DNA of 64,000 nt, taken from assembly GCA_012295275.1 (NCBI GenBank), contig CM022666.1, positions 7,936,001-8,000,000 of the forward strand, read 5' to 3'. A program made the translations under genes and the position numbers. Below the pieces are notes generated by a model. It made no database searches and had not been told where the DNA came from. It was given only the letters and a program-made list of their open reading frames with translations. Below are positions 14,990-29,049 of the stretch, in pieces. The DNA comes from Chrysomallon squamiferum (Eukaryota; Animalia; Mollusca). Each line of letters opens with the position of its first letter. Position 1 is the stretch's first letter.

Positions 14990-15362
14990 AATAATTTAAT
15001 TTAAAAAAAATCACACAATTCAAAAAGAGCAACGACAGCAATAACAAAGATCCACACATTTAAACACCTCAACAAGGCCTCAGTTGACAACAGAATAATT
15101 AATATGAAATTAAAAAAAAGAATGTAACATAAACAAATATCGTCCCATTTCATAAATCACCAGTGACACAACGTGTATCGTGAATCAAAAACCTAATTAA
15201 TGGATTAGCTTTGCTGCTGTAATTTATACGACTGGTAAAACGATACATTTTTAATCAGCGGCTTTTCTCTCGCACATAAACACTTTTCATTACAAGCTCC
15301 TCGGTGTAAGAAACTGCAGCAAACAGTTTTAGAAAACTTGGCGAATAAAGTTCGTTTCGATC

Positions 15363-17219
15363 ATGTGGAAAAAGATTTCAGCTTATTCGTGTATTAGCTT
15401 CTATATAGGTATGTATATGTTTTTATACATGACTGTATCATTCTATAAACAGATATCTGGTTTTGTGTGGGTGTGTCTGTTTTATATATATATATATCTC
15501 GATAGAGGAAAATATGTGTAAATAGGTGTGTTAGTATTAGTCTGTTTCCTCTGGCGGACAATAGCTCAGCCATACTAGGTTAGTGCGTGTGCGGACGTTT
15601 GTGTGTGTGTGTGTCTGTATATATACATATATGTTTCTGTTAAGTAAGTATCAATATATTTGTAGAGATAAGTATGTGCTTGTATCAAGGAATGTAAGCA
15701 CCTTTATATAGGTGGGTATCAGCTTGAATATAGATGTACTAGTAACATTACTGGTATTAGTAGCATTAGTAGTAGCAGTAGTGGTAGTATAAATGGTAGT
15801 AGTAGTCATAGTGGCAGTACTAGCAGCAGTAGCAGTAGAAGTAATAGTATTAGTAATAATAAAAATGACATCCAAGAAAACAAATAATCATGTTGGTCGT
15901 AATTACAATAATAAAATGACGACAGTAATACTGCTGCTGCTGCTGATGATGATGATGATGTTGATGAAGATAAATGTATTTGTCATGTCTTTCCAGTGTT
16001 CATCATTCTGCTCGGTACAGAACGTCTGTTATCAAACGAGGTTGCTGCCGTCCAGTTCACCGAAAGAGGAGGCAGACGATGTTACGGTGGCAGACGAGAT
16101 ATTATCGGACAACTGTCGTCTGCTGTCACAGGCTTCACAGCTAATTTGCATAAGGAGGCTGTTGGCGGGAAATCAGATGCCGTGTATTCTCCGTACAGCA
16201 TATTTCAGGCGATGACGATGACGTATTTAGGAGCTGGACGAAACACGGCACAAAATATGAAAATTGCTCTGAATCTTAAACATCTGGGTAGATGCACGCA
16301 CGAGGCTGTGCGTTTCGCCAACGCCAATATGTCTGACTCGACGAGTGTCGTGTTGAAAACAGCCAATCGGCTTTATGTTTCTGACAAGGTGAGAGTTCTT
16401 GAGGAATTCCAGCAAACACTTACGTCATATTATGGTTTAGAAATTCTTCCCTTTGACTGGAGCCACGCGGGCGGACCGGAGACTCCCATCAATGCCTGGG
16501 TATCGAATGTCACACAAGGTTTGATTCCTCGTCTTCTCTCGGCAGGTTTCATCAAAAAAGACACGGCGTTGCTTCTGGTGAACGCTATCTATTTCAAAGG
16601 ATCGTGGAAGACAGAATTTGATAAAACCAAAACGACGGATGAAGTTTTCTACAAGTCCCCTGACACAGAAATAATGGTTCCCATGATGCATCTGACAGGG
16701 AAGTTTCCGTTCCTCAGTCTGGACAGTCGTGGAGTTCAGATACTGATGATTCCGTACACCGGGGAGAGATTTGCGATGTACGTCATTCTTCCGAACGACA
16801 TGCACGGGCTCGCTGCTGTCGAGTCTGTTCTACCTTCGATTCTCAGAGACAGTCTGGATTCACTGCAAACAGCAGACGTCAGACTATCACTGCCCAGATT
16901 TAAACTCCAGTCTTCGTTTGACTTGAAACAAGCGCTCATCAACATAAACATGACTGAACCGTTTATTGCCAACACGGCTGACTTTTCGAGGATAACAGGT
17001 ACGAACAACCTGTATGTATCCAAAGTGATTCACAAGGCCGTCGTTGAAGTCAACGAAGAGGGGACAGAGGCAGCTGCGGCAACAGCAGTGCAGTTCACCT
17101 TTAGAAGTATCGGTTTCAAAAAGAAGTTCTTCACTGCAGATCACCCGTTTTTCTTTGTTATTCGAGACAATGTTATGAAGTTGCCTCTCTTTCTTGGGAA
17201 GTATTCTGGAGGCAGCTAA
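15363..17219 (+). CDS. Secreted inhibitory serpin, copy 4 (exons 15363-15408, 15997-17219); predicted P1-P1' Arg-Ser
   Basis: Same exon structure and motifs; reading frame intact; 3' UTR interrupted by a transposon. Confidence 0.95.
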
Positions 17220-17235
17220 GCTGTTCTGTTCAAAG

Positions 17236-19133
17236 GATTACCTCCCATCAGTCACATACGCTTATTCGTCATACAGTTATAACAACACAGGTCAATGTTT
17301 GGTGCACACTGAATCCTCTGCCCGTTACCCGGATAAAAATGATATGATCCCACGTTGTTGTATATTGTATGTCTTCCGATAATAAATAAATGAAAGAAAG
17401 GCTTATAATTATTTATACATTTTATTTCATCCAGATAATTTCATCATTTCAGTTCATTTCAGATAACTTGATCACTTTAGTTTTAGTAGATAGCCTACAG
17501 CATCTAAGAACTGAAAGGGCGAGGTCGTCCTGAAGGGACTGCAATTGATGTTTGAGTCTGTTTTCCATCTCTGTGTACAAACGCTTGCGGGATGGAGGAA
17601 CAGCTCCAAAGTCAACCTGGGAAATCTTGGTTCTCCTGCACACTCGATCTTCTTAATGTCCACAAGTTGACAGATGTTCGGGTGGTAGTGGGGCTTTGCT
17701 TTGTTGAGCCGGCTGTGGAATCCTTCCAGATTGTTGTTGGTGCGTGGCCCATTGGTCTCGTGGTGGTTCTAGACCGTCAGGGGGAAGTAAGCATCATCAT
17801 CAATCCAGTCAATGAACGAGGAACATTTGGTGTCGAGTCCATGGTTTCGATCCATGCATCCTGAATTTTCTCTTGTGGTAGAAGAGTTAGACCGGCAGCC
17901 CTGCGGATCCACTGTCGGATGGGAGGAGCTTCCTTGTACTGCACTGCAAGTCCCAGGTCCTGCACCTTCCTCCACAACGCCTGACAGTAATGGAAGTAAC
18001 ACCCCTTGACCTCGGCGTTAGGAAACTAACTCTCAACAGGACGAACGGCAGTCAACTCAAATCTGTCTGGACGGTATCAGGGTCAAGAGTTAGGATGAGT
18101 CGTGCCTGAACTTTGTGTTGAGTTGACTGGACAGTCTGCAGTAGGTGGCTATCTGTGCGGGGGGCAGCAAGGCGTGTACTAGTGCGTATGTGGATGAACC
18201 GCTCCTGGCATGCAGAATGTAAACTTAATCTGAGGTCACGAAGAAAACGTGTCGTCCTTGTAGATATTGCAGGCCGACTGCAAAGCACGAAGCTGTTGAT
18301 CAGTGGAGACGGTCAGTATCTTATCTGCATCATCATCAGCAGTCATTGTTCATTCTCCAGTAAGGTCCACGTCGGATCTTGTGAGGGGAAGTGCAGGGAT
18401 CAGTCGATGTGTGTACAGTGCAATGGTCATGCTGGGGAATGATGGGAATACTCGGACTTGGTCTGGGTCATGTCTGACTCTCTCTTCATTGTAAACAGCA
18501 TTCAACGGTGTTGTTTCTTCTCTGGCCCGCTAGCATAGTGCTGAGAAACTTCAGACGCTCTGAATCTTGTGGTGGGTGGGTGTGGTCACTGGTGTTCCTG
18601 ACGTGATCACCAACGGTAGCGCATCTTCCATTGCAAGTCTGGATGACACATTTCCAGTGAATACAAGTCTCTCCAACAGCATTCTTATTATAGAGGTAAC
18701 TATCTAAGAGGACGTATCCCTCTGCGACAATAAATACTCCACTTTTCGGAGTCCAGCCATGGTGCAAGTATGCCATGATTTGACATTCCACAGTTATATA
18801 TATATCAAAAGCTACTAATTGGATAAACTCACTATAATCTGAGAACAGTAATTCACAATTGGAATTCTCCATAAAAAAAAAAAATTTCTTATATCTCATT
18901 GGTATATCAAAACATGTCTCTTTCAAAGTCCTTCTCCTATTTAAGAGCAACATCTCCGTATAATTAAAGTAACCATGAACACATGCTGTCCACCGGAGTT
19001 GTGATTACAACAGCCATGGTAGACCCAGTCAACACTAGTTGATTATTTCCCACATAGGGGTGCCCAGCTTACTTACTGCTTGACTGGTTTCCAAACTGTA
19101 TGAATACTGACGATATAAATTTTGAGAGGATAC
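17236..19133 (-). mobile_element. Mutator-like (MULE) DNA transposon, 1898 bp, decayed
   Basis: Absent from copies 1-3; flanked by 9-bp direct repeat TGTTCAAAG (17227-17235, 19134-19142); G...C ends; degenerate terminal inverted repeats sharing TCATACAGTT; internal transposase remnants. Confidence 0.9.
17449..18776 (-). pseudogene. FLYWCH-domain MULE transposase pseudogene
   Basis: FLYWCH-like finger YLYNKN...IHWKC...C...DHTH, then MULE motifs across shifted frames: DKILTVST..IYKDDTF (DGTF-like), TD/FE, FPNAEVKGCYFHYCQALWRKVQDLGL, PRTNNNLEGFHSRLNK; in-frame stops and frameshifts. Confidence 0.88.
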
Positions 19134-19254
19134 TGTTCAAAGTGTATCATCATCGAGATATTTTGACAGCTTATTGAAATAAATAAATAGCTTTGATAGC
19201 ATATTGAAATAAATAAATTGCTTCGATAGCTTATTTAAATACGCACGAACATTT

Positions 19255-19480
19255 TGATAGCCAAAGCTTACTTAAATACGTACACTTTGATAGCTTATTT
19301 AAATACGTACACTTTGATAGCTTACTTAAATACGTACACTTTGATAGCTTACTTAAATACGTACACTTTGATAGCTTACTTAAATACGTACACTTTGATA
19401 GCTTAATTAAATACGTACACTTTGATAGCTTACTTAAATACGTACGTACACTTTGATAGCTTACTTAAATACGTACAAAC
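19255..19480 (+). repeat. 27-bp minisatellite (TTTGATAGCTTACTTAAATACGTACAC), about 8 units, in the displaced 3' UTR of serpin copy 4
   Basis: Direct reading; variant of the 3' UTR repeat of copies 1-3. Confidence 0.9.
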
Positions 19481-20164
19481 ATTTTCAAATATATATTATC
19501 ATATGTTATCACATGACTGCTTTTCACACAGAAGCAAAATCCGCCATTACGGTAGACTAATCAAAAAATATAAAACAAGATAAAACAACAAATCACAACT
19601 GTATTGTGTAAACCACTAATTAGTACGAATAACTGTAACGAATATGAATAAAAACGTTAACTTCAACAATTTACAGACATTTTAATATTAACAAAATTAC
19701 AGAACGAATCATATCGAATCATATTAAGCTGTAAATAAAACTGGTATTTATATATAAAAATATATATTCTGGATAACGTATATAGTTAAATACACTAAAC
19801 AGCAACAATCACAAAAAGAAATAAAGAAACCATATTAATTCTGGCTGTTGCTTGTAACCCACGTATCACGTTTATGATCTATTAATAGACAAAGTGTAAA
19901 CAGATGTGTGACGTCATGGGAGCTGGTGGCTACCGGGACAATTCATTAACAAACCGATAAGTTTTAAAATCATTATCGAATATAGGATTATTAATATTAT
20001 TTCTTTCCATATAATTAAAGATCAAAAACAAATATATGTATATATACGTTGACTCTTGCTCTTTAAAACAAACATACATCGGATTTCAAAATTATTTTTT
20101 CTTTGTGTCTCCCCTTCACTCATTATTTTATTTTATTTTTCTGTCACTTTGTTCATTCTTCTTT

Positions 20165-20244
<80 letters not shown>

Positions 20245-20851
20245 CACAAGTCTTCTCTTATAATACTTGCTATCTGAAAGACATGATGCAATTATTTTAA
20301 GTCAGACATGACATTATTTGTTTTATTCATTTTTCTGAAAACTATTTTCTCACCAACTTATTTAGACATATTTATTTTGCTTAAACATCTGCATCAAAAA
20401 TAATAAGAATATAAAAGATTTCATACATCATGTTTCATAACACTGACTTCGATTTTATCTATTATACTGACAGAAAAGGAAAACAGAAAAATACGAAACA
20501 AAACAACAACAACAACAACAACAACAAAAGATAAATAAAAAATCCCGCATACTCGTTTCAAGTTCGTATGGCAAGGGAGATAACTCTTTTTATTGAAACT
20601 TCTTAAACTGTTGAGTTTTCCTGTATTGTGGAACATTTCTAAGGAAAACTTTACAACGGAATAAAACGTAGGAACCATTTTATGTTCGATTATTATTATC
20701 AATGCTACTACCTCAACTATCTATATTACTACTGCTGTTGCTACTATTATTACTACTACTACTGCTATACTACTTCTACTCTTATCATCATCACCACTAC
20801 CACCATTACTATTATTACTATTACCACTACATTTATTATTATTATTATTTG

Positions 20852-20903
<52 letters not shown>

Positions 20904-21487
20904 TAATAATAATAATAATAACAAAAATAATTTATTAAAAAATAATAATAAGAAGAAATTAATAGGTAAAGCCTCTGGAGAGCTCTCTACCATACAAATG
21001 TAGATCGTCTCCTTTAAAAAAAAAATAAAAAAAAAAAAAAATAAATAAAAAATAAAAAATAAAAATAAAAAGTATATCGGATCATGGGAGATAATTACAG
21101 AGATAAAGACAAACTGCATTGTGACTGAAATACTTCAGCTGCGCGTTCCTTGGTGTCAAGTACTTACTACAATACAGACTTATGGTTAATGATACGAACG
21201 AAGTGCCAAGGAAACCGATTGTCCTGTTCTAAGGGTTAAATAGTGATTGTAATAGAAACTACTCGAATAATATAACTGATACCGTTTCTTTTCATTGTCA
21301 TTGTCTTTTTTTTTTTTTTTTATAAATTTAATTATTATTATTATTGCTTTTGTTATTGTATTTCTTCTTCTTGTTTTTATTTTTTTCTTTTATTATAATT
21401 ATATTATTATTATTATTACTGTCAGCGAATTGTATATGAGAACAGTGGGTTTTTTTCCATCTGGATAATCAGATGAATATATAGGTG

Positions 21488-21740
21488 ACAGTACATTCAG
21501 CTGCCATATTTATTTATTTATTTGGTATTTTCCATAAAAAGCGTGTATGTATGTATGTGTGTGTGTATATACAGTACATTCAGCTGCCATATTTATTTAT
21601 TTATTTGGTATTTTCCATAAAAAGCGTGTGTGTATGTATGTGTGTGTGTGTGTATATACAGTACATTCAGCTGCCATATTTATTTATTTATTTGGTATTT
21701 TCCATAAAAAGCGTGTGTGTATGTATGTGTGTGTGTATAT
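21488..21740 (+). repeat. Three tandem copies of an approximately 85-bp unit (ACAGTACATTCAGCTGCCATATTT...)
   Basis: Unit starts at about 21488, 21571 and 21658. Confidence 0.9.
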
Positions 21741-21949
21741 TTATTATTCTTGTTGTTAAAGCTGTTGCTGTTCTTTTTGGCAGTCACGTTGGAATGATGG
21801 TGGTGAGGTTGTTTATGTTGATGTTGTGGTTGTTGCTTCTACTGCTGTTGTCGTCGTTGATATTATTAAGAAGAAAAATATATATATATATATTTCCATC
21901 ATTCTCATACTTTCTTTCTAATATATAAAAACTGTTTTCTTTTACCTTC

Positions 21950-22125
21950 TTTTTTAATATTTAATTTAATTTATTTATTTACTTACAGATGGGTTTTTTT
22001 AATATTTAATTTAATTTATTTATTTACTTACTGAGATTTTTTTAAATATTTAATTTAATTTATTTATTTACTTACTGAGATTTTTTAAATATTTAATTTA
22101 ATTTATTTGTTTATTTACTGAGATT
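21950..22125 (+). repeat. About 45-bp AT-rich tandem repeat, 4 units
   Basis: AATATTTAATTTAATTTATTTATTT..ACT recurs four times. Confidence 0.8.
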
Positions 22126-22897
22126 TGCACTAAACACACCAGTGTGCTGCGCACTCGCTGCACAGAGCACATGCACTGAGCATGCCCAGGCATCGTGCTC
22201 AGAAAACGTGTGGGAGGGGACGAATAACGAAAATAATTTTTCCCTCCTTGCAATCCATCAAATAACGCCAACGCGTGCACATATATATATATGCAGAGCT
22301 GCAGCATTTGATATGTTGAACAAACATAAATTAATTTTAGAACATATTGTACTCACTCGAAGGGGAAAGAAAAAATAAAATCAATAAAACCAGAATACAA
22401 AGGTAATCTCTTGATTTATGTATCGAGGTCACGAGCAGCAAGCGTGAAACGGTTTGCCTCGCTGATTTCGTTATATTTATATCACAGAATGTATAACGTG
22501 AGTAATACACTGCAAGCGTTTTCTTTACATCTTTATGCACCTTTTACATGCGGTGAAAACCGGAGTGTATCGGACGATCCGTGGGAAATGGCAAATAGAG
22601 GAGTTTTGTTTTTATTATTCTTTTTTGGAAACAATGGAATATGCGTTCGGTTAGTCAACATGAATGGGATATGCTACAACACCATATTTTAGTTGTCGAT
22701 CCAACGACAGACACGACAGACACGACAAACAAAGTATTTGTCTCGTTTCTTTGCGACAAACGAATGTTTATGTGCAAGCAGTGGCGAGAGGGAAGGGAGG
22801 TAATCTGAAGAATTTCCAGAGATATCCGTTACCGATTTTTATTCTTTACAAGGTACACACGTAGTTTATTTTTTATATTTTTAGACATACATATTCA

Positions 22898-22934
<37 letters not shown>

Positions 22935-23013
22935 TTAGATGTGTGTGTGTGTGTGTTTGTGGCTCTTTATTATAGCTGTTGTTGTTGTTGTTGATGTATT
23001 TAAAAAAATTAAT

Positions 23014-23094
<81 letters not shown>

Positions 23095-23111
23095 CATATA
23101 TATATACACAT

Positions 23112-23183
<72 letters not shown>

Positions 23184-23438
23184 CATTACATTACATAAAG
23201 TATATTAGTATGTGAGACTGTGAGTTTTTCCTATGTTTCTGATCATTCCTATGCCCTGATTTCAATATCCATCTCCTGACTGATTTATTAAGTATTTTAC
23301 GAAGACAAATGCCTTCTGTTGGTAATCTGTAGCAGCAGATCTTTAAGTAACGGTTTCTGGTATCATCATTATATCAGTAAACGAATAAATAAATAAATAA
23401 CAAGTATATACGCATGTGTGTGTGTGTGTGTGTGTGTA

Positions 23439-23652
<214 letters not shown>

Positions 23653-23914
23653 TGTTATTTTATTTATTTATTTATATTTCTTTAGTACCAGAGATCAGAC
23701 GTTATCTTCTAATTTTGAATATGTGTGTGTATGTATATATATATATATATATAAACAAAAACTTTTAAACTACTCTAAATGTGTTAAAATGTGAGATAAC
23801 CAAACCCTCTACTCGTTATTTCTTTAGCTACGACCCGTATCTGTGTCAGTGTTATATAATGACTTCACACCAGTTCCTCTTTCTTTCGACAGTCAGTGGG
23901 TGCAAGGTAAAGAG

Positions 23915-24902
23915 ATGGGCTTCATAAACCGAAATATCGACAACAACTGGGCTTGGATGGTGCTTCTGTCCTCCTTTGTGGCTCACCTCATATGTTTTGG
24001 AATTACATGGACAACGGGCGTGTTCAACGTTATTTTTCTGGAGGAATTCCAGGACACTAAAGTGGCAACTGCTTGGGCTGGTTCCTTGATGCCGGCTTGT
24101 ATGTTCCTGGCAGGTAATTTTAAGATTATGTTGTTAAACGAAAGTTACGATATAATGACGTTTACATGCTGACGAATGTGTACGCCAAAATAACTGGGGC
24201 GTTGAAAATATGCAAGCGCGTGTGCATTTAGTGGAGCGGCAAGAACAACAACTATCATTTTACACCACTACTGCTGCTAATCAGTGCTACAGCTAATATT
24301 GTTTCTACAATTACTGCTAATAATACTACTATCACTAAATGTACCAAACATTCATAATGTTTGGAAAGGTGCCATAAATATAAAAGCTACATCGCTAGAA
24401 AGGAATGCTGGAATAAAGTGTGTTACATTTGTTAAAGCTCTCATATCACTGATAGAAAAAACGTAAAAACTAATAACAAATTTCGAAATACGGAAATATA
24501 ATGGCCGCGCGCATTGTAAACTGGGTAAAAAAGCTATCGTTCTATTTTTAACAATAATAAGCATTCTATAATTTTACAAGTTTTTTCATTCATTAATTAA
24601 GATAATCATCACCTTTGTCGGCATCGTTATCATCATTGCTCTTCGTAGTAGAGGTTATTGTTGTGGTTATTGTTGTTGTTGTTAATATTATTATTAAGGT
24701 CCTCTGTCCAGTGTCTTGATTAGTCGTCTGGGATGTCGTCTGACCATGATGCTTGGTGGTATTACGTCAGCATGTGGATTCATCTCGAGCTATTTCGCGC
24801 CAAACATCACTGTACTGTATTTAACATTTGGAATCCTTACAGGTAGCTTTTATTATCATTAATATTATTATTGATATTGTTATTATTGTTATTGTTATTA
24901 TT

Positions 24903-24965
<63 letters not shown>

Positions 24966-26252
24966 ATTATTATTATTATTATTAAGAATTTTACTGGACA
25001 TCATCTAAGAGCTGTCAATCATGTATTTTTAAATCTGTCCCACAAAGATGTGCACCACTTTTATTTTAAAAACAAGTTAAAGATTATAGGCCTACCATTT
25101 GGTTACTGTTATCATTATAACTACAGAACTGAATACTTATTTATTTATTTACTTATTTATTTATTTATTTTTAAAATTAAGAATTAACTGCACAGAAGCT
25201 TAAATGAAATTAAAAGTCTAGGAACAGTCTTTTCGTCAGTTTGTCTGACAGTCTTTAGTATCTTTACAATCCAGTAAATATGATATTCTTAAAAACATGT
25301 TTTGCTTGCTTTTTTTCGTTTTCTTCTTTGTAATCTTTTCTCAGGGTTTAAGTTTTGGAGCTGCACACTTGGCTGCAATTTCCGCCGTCACTTTCCAGTT
25401 CGAGAAATTCCGTAACATAGCTACGGGAATTGCCGTTACTGGAGTCGGAGTGGGCACGCTGATTTTCCCGCCAATGATCCGAGCTCTGGTGGACTGTTAT
25501 TCGTGGAGGGGATCCATGTTGATAATTGGTGCTATTAGTTTTAATCTCTGTGTCTGTGGTGCCTTGATTCGACCAATGAAAAGACCGGAATTAGACCAGA
25601 CCCACAGTGCACTGGACCCTACAATGTATCGGAAACTAGACTACTGGATGTTGTGCATGAACAATTTCTTCGTCTGTTTCGGACTGTCCGTAACGTACAT
25701 ACATCTGACAGCCTTCGCAGAGTTCAGAGGCGTAGATTTCGAACGAAGTGCTCTTCTCGTGTCGGGGATCGGCGTTTCGAATCTTGTCGGACGTCTGGTT
25801 ATGGGCATTATTGCGCAACAGAAAAATATTGACATTGTACTTCTGTATTTAATCACATTCCTAATTAGCGGAGCTGCCGTTGCCTCGATGGCGGCGTTTG
25901 AAACATTCGCAGGGTTGCTGTGCATGGCTCTGATTTTTGGAATTTTCACAGCGGGCATTGGGACCTTAAGCGCACCCATTTTAGCGAAAATCATTGGAAT
26001 TCATCGATTCACCGGAGGCTACGGATTTCTTAGCGTCGTAAGCGGCATTGGTCAAGTGGTTGGTGGACCAATGGCAGGTAACGTTAACTTAAATACTTAA
26101 TGGGCGGTTTGCGAACAACGTTAAATCATGCGCGGGTCGTTCTGCCTGAAACCATTTCCCTTGAAGTTACAGCCTCAGTACTGCAGGCGCACACTTTATC
26201 TAATACTGGGATCCGCCCTGTTTAAGGGAGATTTCTTGGAAATCCACGGGTG

Positions 26253-26295
<43 letters not shown>

Positions 26296-27161
26296 TCAGG
26301 CGACGTAGTGTTGTAAGTCATTTGTGGTCAACAGTTATCTGAATTTATTATACCTGTTTAATATTTTATTAGCGAGGGCGAGGAGAATAAATTATATTCA
26401 GTTTTAAAATACTGTATGCTGTTGATCCTCTTTTTCACGGACTAACAGTGGGAAGTACCGGTCTGGAAAATCGCGAATTCAAACTTTAACCTTAAAATTT
26501 AATACACGTAACAGCTAAGTCATACAGTAATGTAATAATGTAAGAAGAATATACAGACATAAAAGCAATGTAGACAAATGTCATATGCAGAAGATGAAAA
26601 GTAGAAAAATATCGGCTAGACTGTTAGGTTAGGATTGTTAAAGGTGCCGTTGTAAAATTTACTCTTAAGTGGGTTGAGACAGGGTTGAGGCATGGTTGAG
26701 AAAGGGTTGCCGTGATCATGTAGTGGTACTCAGAAAAACTTAATAGAACCTAGAGATAAGATTTCAAGTGGTAATTGTGATTTTTCCAGATTTGGTCTGT
26801 ATTTCCCGAAACCCAAGGTCCGTGAAATCAGTGTCAACAGTATTTTGTCAAGGCTTAGTTCTAAACTGCAGTTATCATGAAAATTATAACGTGATTCTTT
26901 TTTTTTTTTTTATCTTGACTCCTGGATTTGCCTCTGACAATAATACAATTTTATTTCGTTTCAGGATTCATCTACGATCGGACTGAAACCTACGTCTGGT
27001 CTTTTCTTTTTGGCGGCTTTAGCTTGTGTTTCAGTAGCGTTTTCATGATCGTAACTTTCCGACGCATGCGCAATGTTCAGAAAGAAAGGTTTGTTTTTGA
27101 TTCGGGCGTAAAGATCCCTATGGTGACGGAAGATTCAAAAACCACAACTTCACCGACGTAA
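23915..27161 (+). CDS. Monocarboxylate transporter-like MFS protein (SLC16 family); exons 23915-24113, 24699-24842, about 25345-26077, 26965-27161
   Basis: DNNWAWMV (the DGGWGW position), GPLSSVLISRLGCR, FEKFRNIATGIAVTGVGVG, YSWRGSMLIIGAISFNLCVCGAL, NLVGRL, GPMAGFIYDRT; GT-AG junctions. The exon 2/3 junction is off by one base (see findings). Confidence 0.9.
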
Positions 27162-27234
27162 TTTTTAGAAATAAATAATTAATAATAATTAAACCAGAGT
27201 AATGTATAAATTTTGTTTCCGTATAGGGTTGTTG

Positions 27235-27326
<92 letters not shown>

Positions 27327-27718
27327 ATTATTTAAAACTTTAAATTTTGTTGTAGGCTATGGATGTTATTTCCAAGCTGTCGTTGTTATTTTATTTAATG
27401 CTATTATAAATATATAACTATATTCATGTCATATCCACACTATGCATTCTTATGCCGCACTTTTCAGCTGAATACAATACATTTAGATATTATCCTTTCA
27501 GTCTTTTTTTTTTTTTTTTTTTTTTAAATTAAAAATGTATATATCATTTCAGTAACCTAGATTCTTGCATAGCTGTTAAACCAAGCGGTAGTGTGAACGA
27601 CCTTTATAATGTCATTATAAATGCAGTCTTGTTATACGACTTTTCTCGTGACGTCGAGATTTGCCACAGCATGATATTTTCTGTTTTTGTAAATATTCTG
27701 AGCTTGAAAACTGTTTGA

Positions 27719-27820
<102 letters not shown>

Positions 27821-27995
27821 AATAAATAAAATGTCTTTCATTTTCGTAATTTACATTTTTTATTTGAAAATAAATCGCTTTTTCTAATACGTTTTTCTTC
27901 AGTGGTGTTTTATTTTTTTTTTAAAATTAATGTAATACTAAGATATAAGTATTTCCAAGTTAATTTTTCAAGGATAATAATAATAATTTATATAA

Positions 27996-28071
<76 letters not shown>

Positions 28072-28406
28072 AAAATGTAGTACATATATAACCATAAGCA
28101 GTGTACTTTTTCAGTAATATGTCACTATATTTGTTTCACTTAGATGGAACATTTTTGCGTATACACCGGTTATGGCGACAGTACGCCTCGGTTAAGGTTG
28201 GAAACCTGGGTTGATTCGACATGTGAGTTTGTATTGTTTTATATGACCTTCTTATATCCGTATCAGCAGTAAAATACTGAATAAAACCTCTAAGAAGAGG
28301 CAGACCTAAACTGCAAGATTACATACCAACAACAACAACAATAAATGAATAATAAATATAGAGGAGGCGTATTTCGGTCACCCTCAAACCCGATCCTGCG
28401 TTATTA

Positions 28407-28692
28407 CAGGCGGAGGATCCCGTATCCAAAATGCTTGGGATCAGAAATATTCCGGTTTAGCAATTTTTCAGATTCTGGAGTACAAGAAGATAGCCCTAAA
28501 TAAGTTAAAATAATTATGATCAAAATATAAACACAAAACTCATTGATATTTTGTATCAGTATTGTTAAGAGAGTCTACAGTCATTTTACGTAATATGTTT
28601 TATAAATTTTTGCATAAAATAACGTTTGTGAACGCAGCATCTATCACAATATTCGAAAGGTTTCCAATACAGAATAACGGATTCTCAGTCTG
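28407..28692. mobile_element. Tc1/mariner pogo-Tigger-type MITE (Tigger4/MER46-like)
   Basis: TA then CAGGCGGAGGATCCCGTATCC; right end reverse complement CAGACTGAGAATCCGTTATTC (15/21 match); right target site reads TT. The family assignment is from memory of the consensus. Confidence 0.65.
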
Positions 28693-29049
28693 TTTAAGTT
28701 ATTTGTTTAAAGGGAAGTAACTGGGGCGAAACGAGGTCGTTTGTTGGTATCGCGTTTTGTAGAGGCAGAATTCTATACTATAGTAAAATGTATTTACTAC
28801 CTCATACTTTTGAAGTATTTCACTGCAATATAACAACCAAATTAACAACTATCTTCTTATTTTAATGGTTTTTTTTTAAATATTTCACTCTTGTGGTAAG
28901 TGTGGTATAAACAAACAAACAAACATCTCTCAAAAAGTAGAAAACAAAGAACTTGCAGAATAAATTAGGGAACAGGTTGTCAAAAAGGAGTTAATAAATT
29001 ATTAAAGGAACAAGCAAAAAAACAAATAAAACAATAATATAAAAGAATA

